From Eledone cirrhosa (lineage: Eukaryota): DNA of 64,000 nucleotides. This document shows positions 27,371 to 39,480 of this stretch, in pieces (the first letter of the stretch is position 1; every line of letters starts with the position of its first letter). The DNA lies in NCBI GenBank assembly GCA_964016885.1, contig CAXHJY010000830.1, positions 1-64,000 of the forward strand, read 5' to 3'. The notes beneath the pieces are model-generated. The model saw nothing but the letters and a program-made list of their open reading frames with translations, made no database searches and was not told where the DNA came from. The position numbers and the translations under genes were made by a program.

Positions 27371-28768
27371 TGCATCAATATAAATTATTAATGTACTACA
27401 TGAAATAATTAGTCAATACAGAGCAACTATAGCCATCAATATTTAATCTTCAAATTTCCATGCAGTTATGGGTTCTACAGGCATGCTATACAGTATGTTG
27501 CCAATGATCCTGGCCTTTAGTAATCACTTTTGACAAGCCCATTCAAATAAATTCAACCCAATATGATCACTTTATCTGCTGTACAAAATTACAACACATA
27601 CTTCAAGCCATATCAGCAAAAGAAACTGAATGGCAGAAGAATTTAGAGAAAACATAAACATAATCCTCTTCTATTTGAATATTGTAGGATTCATTACTAC
27701 TGTACTAGAACAATTTCGACAATGTGTATGATTTATGAGCATCTTAAATCAGATGAATGCCAATATCTCTCATTCACACAATACCTCAAAAAAAAAAAAA
27801 AAAAAAAAAAAAACATTCCAAGAATAATTTTTAGTAACAGATCGAAATTTCAAGTGGTGAAAATAGCCTGTTAGCATATTGATCAAGAATATTTGTATCT
27901 GAACAAATTATAGATGCTATTTCTCAAACAAATACAGTATCTCTTTTTCTAACATATCTTCAAGTATCCTTGAAGAGGACATAATACATTTGGAAATACA
28001 GCCTGTAGTATTTTACAAGCCTTACAGTAAAAGCTGTATCATCATAGATTGCATAGATACATACACACACACTTTCATAAACTCTACAAAATAAGAATGT
28101 TAAAAACAATGATCACAGATCATCTAAGCAGGGAAGATCTAAAATTCATAGATGCCAGCCTCTCTATCTTTCATAACACCTTAACCATGTCAAAACATTT
28201 TTAAACCACAAACAAAGACAAGCTGCTATTGATTGACACCTTAGGCTGATAATGTTCCCATATCTTTTTGTTTCTTATTTTTGTTACTACTATTTTTAAC
28301 TGTTATTAGTTTGCTTATTTTCTGTTTGAAAGTTTATACTTTTTTTTCATATTCTTTTTTTTTATTTTTTCATAGTTAATTAACATGAAAATGAAACTTT
28401 ATTTTATATACAATGGAAAGCCGTTTGATGAGTGAAAATTTAGATAAATATATTCCTATTCAAAACTACTGAATTTTACAGTATCCATACATCTTAATAA
28501 ATGATAATTAGTAAATAAATAAATAAAAAACATATTGAAGAAATGCATGAAAAATAAACTGGTTGACTTAAAAAAGCAGTGGGAGAATTTGAAATAATAT
28601 AATATAACACTAACATTATGCTTATCCATGATATTAAAAGTGTTTGTAGATTTTGTTTAATTTTGAATAATCCATGAATTGTAAAACCAAGGATTAACTG
28701 ATCATCAATTCTTAAAATATATGTCAAAAAACAAAAAAAATGTTAGGAATGCATACCAGTAGCTACCA

Positions 28769-29013
28769 CCATAGGCGCTGAACTGGCCCCAGCCGCAGGT
28801 GCGAGCCCCGCGAGTTGGAGTGGCTTTTCCAGCGCGTCTCCCTTGCCGTCTTCCAGGGAAACGCCTTCTGTATTCTGACTGCTGGGGCTGTAGGTGGGGT
28901 GGGGGGTGGCATCGTGTATCATTCCATATTTAATTATGGTCGGTATGTGTATGTATGTTGACGAAGACATAATTGAGTTAATGAAGGCGGTATTAAGTTG
29001 ACGATGACAATCA
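28769..29013 (+). mobile_element. CRE-clade-like (RLE-type) non-LTR retrotransposon 3' fragment
   Basis: IGAELA/RRCEPRELEWLFQRVSLAVFQGNAFCIL, then a 3'UTR; flanked by AGCTACCA at 28761-28768 and 29014-29021 (candidate TSD); GC/CpG-rich. Confidence 0.75.
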
Positions 29014-29049
29014 AGCTACCAAAGTAAAGTGCGCTCTCACTTAAGGATA

Positions 29050-29540
29050 CATTGGGTAATTCATACTCTGGACACCTTCATTCCCTGGGCATGGATACAT
29101 TAAAGCTCCGACATCTGGCAACTGATTTGGTAGACACCGACAAAATTATTAACCATCTTGCCAACAACAACACTGAACACCTTTTTGAATTTCATGTGTC
29201 TAACATCCGTGGACATGCTTACAAAATCAAAAAAGATCACAGCTCTCATGCTTTTCGGAAACATTTTTTTTATGCTCAGAGTTGCTGAAGCATGGAAATT
29301 ACCTGTATCTGTTGTTAGCTGTCAGGACACTGCATCCATCAAAACTTTCATGCTTCCTGAAATTCACCAACACTACACCTGATATTCCGCCTCCATACAC
29401 ATGCACACATGTATCTGTGTGTATATCATGACTCATACACTGTTTACTTTCCTGATATTTATATACTATTCTATGTACTATACATGCACCTATGATGAGT
29501 TGTAGTGCACCTGTGCACTATACACAATACTTTTCATTTC
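29050..29540 (+). mobile_element. CR1-clade LINE 3' fragment
   Basis: YSGHLHSLGMDTLKLRHLATDL..KII...IRGHAYKIKK...RKHFF / LRVAEAWKLPVSVV, typical of the CR1 ORF2 C-terminus, with a frameshift. Confidence 0.8.
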
Positions 29541-31268
29541 CTTATTTTTTAAGCAATGTACAGTGACAAAGAATGAATAGTTTGCTCTCATTAACATCAT
29601 ATTCAAATTGCCTACCTGTGGGGCATGTGCCCCACAGTGAGAGTTACTGCCTTAGACATTCTAGCTACATACTTTTATGTATCCAAGTCATATAGCAGAA
29701 ATTCTTTTTAAGTAAATTTACAAAGCTGCAAATTTTGAAAGCTATTCTAATCACTACCTTAATTCAATGCACTAGTTTTTTTGTTTTGTTTTTTTTAATT
29801 ATATTTACATATATTTATTTTCCATTTATTATACAGAAAATCTTGAAATTTAAAATTTCAATTTTACTCTTCTGTAGTTGTAAAACTAATAAATGGATTC
29901 TTTAATTATTTTATGACTAAATAATGGAGTATTTTAACTTATTTTGATAACTATCTTTAAAATTATATTTAAAATTATAGATTTAATTAAATCTGAAAAT
30001 AAAAATTTATATAATTATTAGAATATGAAATTGAAATAATTAGATATAATGAATAGATTTCATTTTAGAAATATATTGTTTAAAATATTTTCCAATCAAA
30101 AGAGAAGCCAGCATAATAATATTCTGTTTCATATAGAAGTTTTGTGGTTATCTCATGGAAAGGCCTTTAAAAAGAAAATAGAACTAACTGTAGAATTCAA
30201 GAATGGACTATAAATATTGCTTTGAAAAAAAGGATTATGTATTTTGCAGTTAAAAGTGGATGTTAATTCTATGATATTCACAGATGTTTAAAAAATATAG
30301 CATTCTTATTATTTCTATTCTAAGTTAATTTGAGCTTTAACCATACAAATACCGGATAAATAGTTGGAGCATAAAACTTTACACCAAGACAAATCCTGAA
30401 TTTTATCAAGAGGTTTCTGTGATGAGGCAGTTTTGAATGTTGTGTAGTTGATAACTAATAAGAATATTCTACATTGAGAATTTTTATGGTAATGGATATG
30501 AAATATTACAACTTATAGGAAATGTTTAAGATATTTCCTGGTTAATATATGGTCACTGGAAATTGTAGTCATAAAGAGAAATGAGACAAGCCTTGTATAC
30601 TTCTATACTGACTTTTCTCATAACTATTACCATAGTAAAGTTAAAAAACTGATTGTCTGTTAATCAGCACCAATAAAGAATAAGGATGTGGACACAAAAT
30701 TGCCTGTATCTACAGACAGAACAAAAATGAAACAAATTATATTGTAGTATATACATGGTGTTTTGGATTTCTCAAAAAGATATATATATATTTTTTTTTT
30801 TTTTTACATCTTTACTCACTTGTCTCCCTTGCACAAAGAAAAATGTGGACACAATCAGAAAACGGATTTTTTTGAATTAGATCAAGTAGCAAAATTCATA
30901 AAAGAGAAAAATATTCAAATTGCATACTGTAGTCATGCTATGCAGAACCACGTCCTTCCAGTTTACCTATTGGGGACACACAGACACTTGACCACAGCTG
31001 ATACCAAGAAAGAAAAAGGCTAACAGTGGGACAATTTTCAAAAAAAATTCTTTTTTGTTACTAATAACTTTTCTCAGCATTACATTCAAGGTTCAAAATA
31101 ATGCTGTTTATCATAATTATCCTTTACTGATTACTCATAAAGCTGGTATTTATAAGAGTATAAAGTATTAATTTTCTCTTTTTCTATCTATGCTTTCTCT
31201 GTCTCTTTGCATCTTCTCAAATGTGATACAGGACCAACTATCAGGTATTAAGATACTACAAATATTTA

Positions 31269-31987
31269 TGAGGTTCGTCAAAAAAGTATGACTTCTTTTT
31301 CTGTGGAAAGTAATGAGGTAAGGAGATAAAAGTGTGCAGAATGGAGTCGGAGTCAGATAGCCAATGCATTTTCATTTTGCCTGATATTACTAACGAGAAG
31401 TTTGAGTTTCTGAATACTGTAATAACTGAAAATGAGACATAGGTATATGGGCTTGATCTGGAAACCAAAGCTTACTGATCAAAAAGGAAGCATTCAACAT
31501 CACTAAGGCGTGAAAATGTATGTTGGGTGGCGAACAAATTCAAGTTGTTGTTGCACAGCAGAAGGACAAACATTTACAAAGGAGTGCTATCAGGAAGTCT
31601 TCTGACATCTTCATGATGCAGTTCAGCACAAGAGACCAGATCTGTGGGCCTCACAAAACTGGCAGCTGCATCATAACACCAGCTCATTCGTGGCATCTGA
31701 TCCAGGGTGGAATTTCACTCATTCCCCAGTTTCCCTACTCTCCAGACATGTTTACTTCTGCTTGTCCGTCATAATGAAGATGCTACTGAAAGCTTCCCAC
31801 TTTGAGAGCTGACATAACATCATATGGACTATGACAGTAGAGCTGAAAGTCATGGTAAAAGAAGCATTCCAGGCATGTTTCAAACAGTGGAAAGATTGCT
31901 CTGCCTTAAAGAGGATTAGCAATCGAACTCCAAGTATGTATTTTTTTATTTTCAACCTAAGGCCAGATACTTTTTTGACAGACCTCA
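31269..31987 (+). mobile_element. Internally deleted mariner element
   Basis: TIRs TGAGGTTCGTCAAAAAAGTAT / ATACTTTTTTGACAGACCTCA with TA on both sides; remnants ITENET*VYGLDLETK, WQLHHN, IPQFPYSPDM, EAFQACFKQWK. Confidence 0.85.
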
Positions 31988-34504
31988 TATATAGTTTTTC
32001 CACTTTATTTTCAGTATAAATCTTGGTTATCTGGAGAGCCAACTGCCCAACAGCTACATTCTTTTAACATTTATGAATTACACACATACATGCATGCATG
32101 CATGCATGCAGTCACCTACACATAACAATAGAAAACAAGATGTAGATTTTGGCTGTGTAATAAGTAATCTAAGTAATTTCTTTTATAAAATATTCTAACT
32201 ACAGTAAATAGCTTCCAATGAACATTGGGTGCCATCATATTAACCAATGTAAAAGCATTAATCAGTAAGTTGAAGGGTGTTGATAGTTGGAAAGTGTCCA
32301 TATTGTAATGGGAGGGGGGACTACTTTAGATTGATTGAATAAGTAGTATTTCAGCCTTAACACAAGCACAAAATTGTATGGCACTCTGCCTGTGATTCTA
32401 CTCAATTACATACCATTTTCAGATAGCAAACTACATAATATTATGCACAGCAATTGAATTAATCTAATATTTATATTGATATGATATATCTCTAATTCAT
32501 TATTAACCTTTGAAAATACATATTAATCAAACAATACATACTAATTTCAGTAGGCCTACTTATCACAGAGGAATATTTTCAGAAGTAAATTTCAATGTGC
32601 AGCAGATTTGTACATAAAAAATGCCTCCCATTAGATTGCACTATATCATCAATTACATAAACATTAATTGCACTTAAAGAAGGAGTATATTTCTCTTTAC
32701 AGCCTTCATGAAAGAGTAGCTTTTGAATATATGCTTCATCATTCTGATCACTCTCCATCTTTGAGTGTGTGTGTGTGTATGTGTGTGAATGTGGGTGTGT
32801 GTATGAGTGTGTATGTGAGTGTGTGTATTTACTGAACATAACTTGTATTTATTTGGATGATCATGAAGTAATAATAATGGATGGATGCTTGCTGTGGATT
32901 TCCAATAGCTTCAGCAGATTCCTTGAAAATAAGAAAACCAAGCTCTGCTTTTTTATATCAAAGGTAGTATATACAGTTATACAGACATTTAGAGAGGAAA
33001 TTACTAGACACCATTACCAAAAATATGTCACAAGTCTATCTTTAAACAGTCTTCAATGTAACACCAGAATTTGTAGAATTGTTTGTTATACATCTTTTTC
33101 CTTTTTATGAATAAATAAATAAAGATTAGTTGTAGCTCAGAGAAGATTTCACTAACAGATATTATCTACATAGATGTAAGCTGTACAAAATGAACATCTT
33201 TATATTTATAGCATCGGATTAGACAGCTAATTTAGAAATAGCTGCTTCTTTTATAATTACTAGAACACAAATCAGCATTTCGATGTGATTTGCTATAACA
33301 ATACAGTGGATTAATATTAAAAAGTATTAGTGGAGAAAATGTTTGTTTAATTAGAAAAAGAAATGAAATGAGTGAGAGAGGTGGGGCAGCTACTTTCATC
33401 ATTCAGCAATTTATCATTTTGGCAACTATTTTTAAGACGTTTAAGAAATTTCCATAAAATAATATAAATTATACAAGGAAATGAAAAATAATTAGTTTTC
33501 TATTGACTGAAGAAAAATCTTGAGTAAATTCTACTGTATAAATCTATGAGAAATCACACAACAAAAAAATGTAATAGTCATGAAATAGGATGTATTTGAA
33601 ACAAATATAGAAGAATAATGAAGGTCATTAAAACCGATAAATACAACATTACTTATGGTTTTCTGACAAAATCATTAAAATCATTAAAATAGTCATGTTA
33701 CTAATTAATGAAGTCTAAATATTTGGGAATGGATAGGTACAACATATTTCCTCTTTCTGGGTAATTCTTTCCTACTCTATAACATTTTTTTCTTCTTTGA
33801 TTGCAATCTTGTTTAATTTATGAGCTTGGGAGTTTATTGTCATCCATCAAATATTTTAATACTTTTCAATTTAAATAAAAGTACTTCTGAACTTTAATCT
33901 TTTCAAGGCACTGGTTGTCTCAATTATCTTCAAAAACAACCAAGAATCTTGAAAAATTTAATAACATAACATTTTTTTTTCTTTGTTTTTTTTCAATTAT
34001 TAGAAAACTGGTTTTCTTACATAAATTTATATGGAGATATTCTAATTTAGATATGAATAATTTAAAAAGACAGGTTTTGTATCAGGAGCAGTTCCAGACA
34101 TGTTATCAAACAGGGGAAGCAATCAGCTCCACAATTTTGAACTTTTGTCCTTATTCAAAAGCTGATTTCCTCCGTAAACTTAGAAAGATGGTGGTCCACT
34201 TGAGGAAGAAGCCCTATGAGGTGGGGTGGTTGTTGCATCGGGTGTCTCTGCAGTAATGCTTTTGCCATTTTATCCATGGGATGCAGCTGAGACACCACTC
34301 AGACTGGGGTGTAGATCTTGGGTGATTACCTTAATCCATTGCTCACTTTAATACAACTTTATGGTTCCTTGAACCCACAGTTGCAAGCTTTTCAGGTAAT
34401 TCTCCTTCATATCAGCTTCATAAAAAAAGCCATTTGTTTTTCTTTTTAATATTATAATTTATATAAATTCAAAAAAATATACATTGAAATACCTAGATGT
34501 AACT

Positions 34505-34582
<78 letters not shown>
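34505..34582. repeat. (CT)n(AT)n compound microsatellite
   Basis: Read directly; abuts the maT left TIR. Confidence 0.95.
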
Positions 34583-34584
<2 letters not shown>

Positions 34585-34587
<3 letters not shown>

Positions 34588-35870
34588 GGTGTGGACGATA
34601 TTTGTTCGCAATTTTCAACTGCTAATTTTATGCAATTATTTTTTACTTCCATTGTCACTCTTGTCTTCATAAAAACAGTGACTATATTTCCATTATTTAT
34701 TTTCAGAATAATTGGTTATGAATAATTTTGAACCTCCAAATTTGTGGAAGAGACACGGAGTTCTTCTTGGAATCCATGCCGGGAGGACAAATAAGGAAAT
34801 TTCAGATTTTCTCAGCATCAGCAGGAGAATGGTGCAAAAGGTCAGAAAGGAATTGGGAGATTCAGGATTCGACTACGAAGCAACATCAGAGAGGAAAACA
34901 CATGATCGACGATCTGACGCCTTCAGAACGTCCGAGTTCGTCGCTGAAGTTCACAATATCATCAACAATGAACCTAGCAAGTCAATGCGTGCCATTGCAA
35001 GGGAGAAAGACGTGGATGAAAAGCGCATTAGGCTGGTGGTATATGAAGACATTCGCTACGTTTCATACAAGATGAGGAAAGGACAATTTCTGTCAAAGGC
35101 GATGCAAGAAAAGCGACTGAAGCACGCAAAGGAGCTGATCAACAAGTTGAAATACCCACTGGAGCCAGACATGCTGTGGTTTTTCTCCGACGAGAAAAAC
35201 TTCTGCTAAGACCAGAAGATCAACTGCCAGAACAATAGGTGGCTCGCTGTCTCATCCAAAGAGGTGCCCAGAGTCATGCAGACAAAGTTTCCAGCGATAA
35301 CATTGGTCTTAGATGTCATGCCACCTCACTTCTTCCCTGAGGGCCTCAAGCTGAACACCGATGGTTACATCCGCGTTCTGAGCGAGGTAGTAAAGCCCTG
35401 GATCGACCAGGTAGCTGCAGGTAGGCCGTACGTGTGGCAGCAAGACTCAGCGCCCTGCCATACCAGCCGAAAGACCCAAGCCTGGCTGTCAGAGAACTTC
35501 GTCGACCACACTTCATCTGACATCTGGCCTCCCAGCTCCCCTGACTGCAACCCCCTTGACTTCTTTGTGTGGGGCGCAGTGGAACGAGACACCAACAGAT
35601 CTAGCTGCAATACGAAAGACGATCTGAAGGCCAGGATCATATGTGCCTTTAGGGGCATAACTTGGGGGACAGTGACGAAGGCCTGTAGCCAGTTCCGAGG
35701 CCGCCTTGAAGCCGTCATCAAACCTATGGCGGGTTTATCGAGTGAGATCGAAAGAACAAGTCATAAAGACAAACTGACCCAAGTTTGATAAATATATCTT
35801 AAAAAAATAAAACTACTGTGTTATTTTTTTCTAGACAGTAATCTTGCAAACAAATATCGTCCGCACCCTG
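34585..35870 (+). mobile_element. Tc1/mariner DD37D (maT) DNA transposon, near full length (1286 bp)
   Basis: 27-bp TIRs CAGGGTGTGGACGATATTTGTTCGCAA / TTGCAAACAAATATCGTCCGCACCCTG (2 mismatches); TA on the right, CA (probably a mutated TA) on the left. Confidence 0.95.
34718..35745 (+). pseudogene. DD37D transposase, disrupted
   Basis: HTH region, WFFSDEKNF, VWQQDSAPCH, WPPSSPDCNPLDFFVW; 37 residues between the 2nd and 3rd Asp; in-frame TAA at 35207-35209; frameshift before GGFIE* (TGA 35743-35745). Confidence 0.92.
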
Positions 35871-35875
35871 TATAT

Positions 35876-36074
35876 ATAGGAAACTGTTTGACCCCGATGG
35901 CAGAGCTCGAGCCGTTTCGACGGCTATTTCTGGACTAGTCCAGAAATAGCCGTCGAAACAGCTTGAGCTCTACCGTCGAGGTCAAACAGTTTCCTATTAC
36001 CCACTCTACTACCCTAAGTATTGAGTACTCTGGTGCGTTATGGTCCATCTGGTTCCTTACCACACCTCCTTCGT
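35876..36074. mobile_element. Fold-back hairpin element in a (TA)n run, probable Penelope-like remnant
   Basis: Loop-less palindrome 35876-35997 (61-bp arms, 5 transitions, centre ACTAGT); AGTATTGAGTACTCT at 36017-36031; TA runs on both sides. Confidence 0.6.
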
Positions 36075-36084
36075 TATATATATA

Positions 36085-36200
36085 TCATCACCATTTAATG
36101 TTCATTTTCCATGCTAGCATGGGTTAGATGTTAGATGAGCTGTCCTGTTGTGAGATAAGCCAGGTCAAATGAACATGTCTTGCAAATACAGAACTGATTT
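36085..36200 (-). repeat. RTE 3'-end-derived SINE-like repeat
   Basis: CATCACCATTTAATGTTCATTTTCCATGCTAGCATGGGTTAG; similar to 19370-19490 in reverse. Confidence 0.75.
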
Positions 36201-37002
36201 TATGTTAATAGTAATTACACTCTACCAACTTATTTTTGCCAGAGGAAACAAAAACAAAATTCAATTCTAAGAGGTTGTATTCTCACTACATAGCTACAAA
36301 ATGTAAAAAAATTTAAAATACATATTAAGCTATATGTAAACGTTTCAGAGGGCTTACTTATCACTGAGGAATAGATCTGTTGGTAAAAATGACTCTCAAT
36401 TGATTGCCCTATATCAATTACATAAACATGAGGTTTCAACAGATAAGAAAAATATAAATATAAATATTTACTTCTACAATATTCTTCATGTCTTTTTAGT
36501 GGAATAAGCTATAAATATTTCCTGAATTTATACTTAGGAGAAAATTGGTTCTTTCTCATTGCCAAAAAATGTATCACAACATCCTGTTTTAAGGAGATCT
36601 CTAAAAGCTATTGGAAATCCACAGCAAGCATTCATTATTATTGCTGGGGCCTCATCCATTAATTGCAAATATATATTTCCTACTTCTTATATTTGCTTTT
36701 TGAATATATTTATTTAATAAATTTCATTGTTCAATTCTTTCACTTTAGCCGAAAACATCTTTTGAATGTATATTTTTAGGAAAAATAAATAAAATTGTGT
36801 AATGGTTTCCATAAGCAATATATATTTGCACTTCATTTTGAAGACTTTTTGAAATGTAATAAAATCCACATGAATGCTTATGTTTGCATTCCACATGTAT
36901 GTATAAGCTATTACCCAGTCTTCCTTTACTTTTCTTTCACTTGCTAAATAAATATAAATCAACCTAAGGGAAATATATACAATTTATGGAGAATAATGGA
37001 TC

Positions 37003-37270
37003 AGGTATAGCCAGGTGGTTAAGAAGTTTACATTGTAATCATGAGGTTCTGGATTTGATCGCATTGTGTCATGCCTTCAACCCAGGAATTGTGGGGGTAT
37101 TTGGCTGGTAGGAAATTGTATGGAAACCTGTCAAATGGATTCTACCTGTGAATCAAAGAGACAGCTTTCTCACACATTGTAGTATGCTGATTCTGCCTGA
37201 GGATTACATTAGGGGTACAAGTTTCAGTGTAATGAATACTCAACCACTTATATTACAACTGATTGAACAA
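37003..37270 (+). mobile_element. Degraded tRNA-derived SINE
   Basis: A-box-like TAGCCAGGTGGTTAAG and B-box-like GGATTTGATCGC, followed by a non-coding body. Confidence 0.55.
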
Positions 37271-38670
37271 CTGGAATAATAGAAAATATGTTCATCTATA
37301 CAAATATGTTAGTTATGATTAAATAATTATGAGAATCAAGACGCTTTCATATCATTTCACTCGAGGGTTTTTTCAATATAAAATAATTATAGCTATGTAT
37401 TCAACAAGAAACTGATTTATAAAAGTCTACTGAGACCTATATTCAAAACATTTTAACTACAATAATATTGGAATATAATGATTCACAGTTCCCACCCCCA
37501 CTTCTCTATTACATTGAGAACAACATGATAATTGTCAGTTGAATGAAGGCAATTAGTTGATTGAATTATTTTTAATTTAGAAACCTTCTAAAGTTTTTAA
37601 AATTACTTACAATGTTACATCTAAGGTGAACAAATATGGCAACTTGGAATCAGTGAAATTAGATCATACAAATAACCTCCATATAGTAATAATAACCCAA
37701 GTATGTCAACAGAAAGCTTTTACAGAGAATTACTGATGTTGTAAATATTGTGAAAGTCTTCTCCTACTATCACTTAGAAAATTCAATGTAACCCCTATAG
37801 TTGTTGTGGTGGTTACTCTTTTACCTGTTCCAGCTATCCGGCTGAGGCCATGCTGGGACACCACCCTTATCATTATTAAAATTCTGCTACTTTTACCTTC
37901 ACCTTCTGCTCTTCAACTGATATTTTTTTCTCATTTCAAAGGCATTAGATTTTCCTTTGTAATAAATCCCAACAAATTAAGTTGTGTTTTTGGTTATTTG
38001 TGGCCTTGTAAAAAATGACTTTGAAACAAAATCAAATCACTTCAATCACTCATTGGGAAACAACACGGAATAATTTGCCAAGTACACTCTGCCTAACTGT
38101 TTTTGTTTATTTTCCTATGCTAATATTTTCAAAATATCTATTAGCATGAAGTGCTTTACCCTAAACTATTCATAGTCAAGAAGAACACAAGAAACATTGG
38201 ACAACACTCATCACTGTTTCTCAACAATAACAAAGAGAAAATGACATTTATAAATTACTATTAGTTTTTCGATCATTAAAGCCACTTCTATTAACGTTTG
38301 AGCAGAATACCAAAAGCAATTCCTGCATGAATTATTTTCTCCATCCTTGTAATATAGAACATATCAGAACAAGCTATATCCATTTATGACTTGTCACATA
38401 AGATATGTTCACTGAAAAATATTGGCAGTCCTCCATCTAGCTGCACCTTACCTCCAAAGTACACATCTTTTTCACTTTCCAAACTCCTACATCCAATCCT
38501 TTATAGAATATCACACCTTCTACTTAACAAATGACAGGAGTGAAAATAAATAGTAAATTACAAAGTGAAAGAAAAATGAAATGCCTACTTACAGGTAAAA
38601 AGAAAAATATGTATACAGTTCACTGTCTTAGAAACAGATATAAATATGCCAGATATTGATTTTTTTTTTA

Positions 38671-38808
38671 ACCTGCTGGTGAAAATCTGAGCAGTAACTT
38701 CCTGCAAGTTATTTTAACCTGCTGGTGAAAATCTGAGCAGTAACTTCCTGCAAGTTATTTTAACCTGCTGGTGAATATCTGAGCAGTAACTTCCTGCAAG
38801 TTATTTTA
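38671..38808. repeat. Tandem repeat, 3 x 46 bp
   Basis: ACCTGCTGGTGAAAATCTGAGCAGTAACTTCCTGCAAGTTATTTTA at 38671, 38717 and 38763; one A>T in copy 3. Confidence 0.97.
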
Positions 38809-39480
38809 ATGCCCAAAGCATGTGAGCAAGAGCTATCTAGAATCAAATGAGTTGGAGTAGGAATATGAGATTATCATTAGCATAGCTTAAAAATAATATC
38901 TACATTTTCACAGAATGAAGAAATGAATGCAGTAGTCTTCATGGGTACATTTGGAAAGCAAGCGCATTTCAAGGAATAGATGCATATATTGTTGGTTAAA
39001 GAAAGGTTATCACCAGTTCACACGATGATGCAGAGTCCATTGTGGGTATAGTAAAGTAGGGAAAACATCCTATAATGGATGTAAATGGTAATAAATAATT
39101 TGTGGCAAACATGTATGCTTGTTATCAGAAAGTTTTTATTTATTTATTTTTTTTAAATACTTGGCAACAGTTAAGAATGTATGCATACATACTATGTGAG
39201 AAGAATTTAAATGTAGTACATGTTTGCACTTAAAAAGTGAAGAGCTGTTTAGAAGTGAAATACTTTCCGGGCTTCCAAGAATTAAAAAACTTACTATTTC
39301 TGATGTGTGAAAATGTGTGGATTCTTATCAAAAGAAACTAGGAGTATTAAAATGCGTGAAGAAGTGAAATAAAGAGTTTTTTTTATGTTAGGAGTGGGAG
39401 GTAAATGTACGATTTGGTTATTTTAACTTTAAATCTTCTTACAGGATGCCCACAAACTGTTTACATCTTTTAGTTACTGG

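Noticed and set aside
34060-34430. GC-richer segment suggesting a decayed coding fragment
   Set aside because: The frames I translated are interrupted by stops and show no recognisable motif
38452-38520. Exon-like segment with a strong GAG|GTAAGG donor on the - strand
   Set aside because: VKKMCTLEV resembles the decayed RTE C-terminus; probably a LINE remnant
38671-38808. Possible CRISPR-like array
   Set aside because: Head-to-tail units without spacers; eukaryotic context; no cas genes
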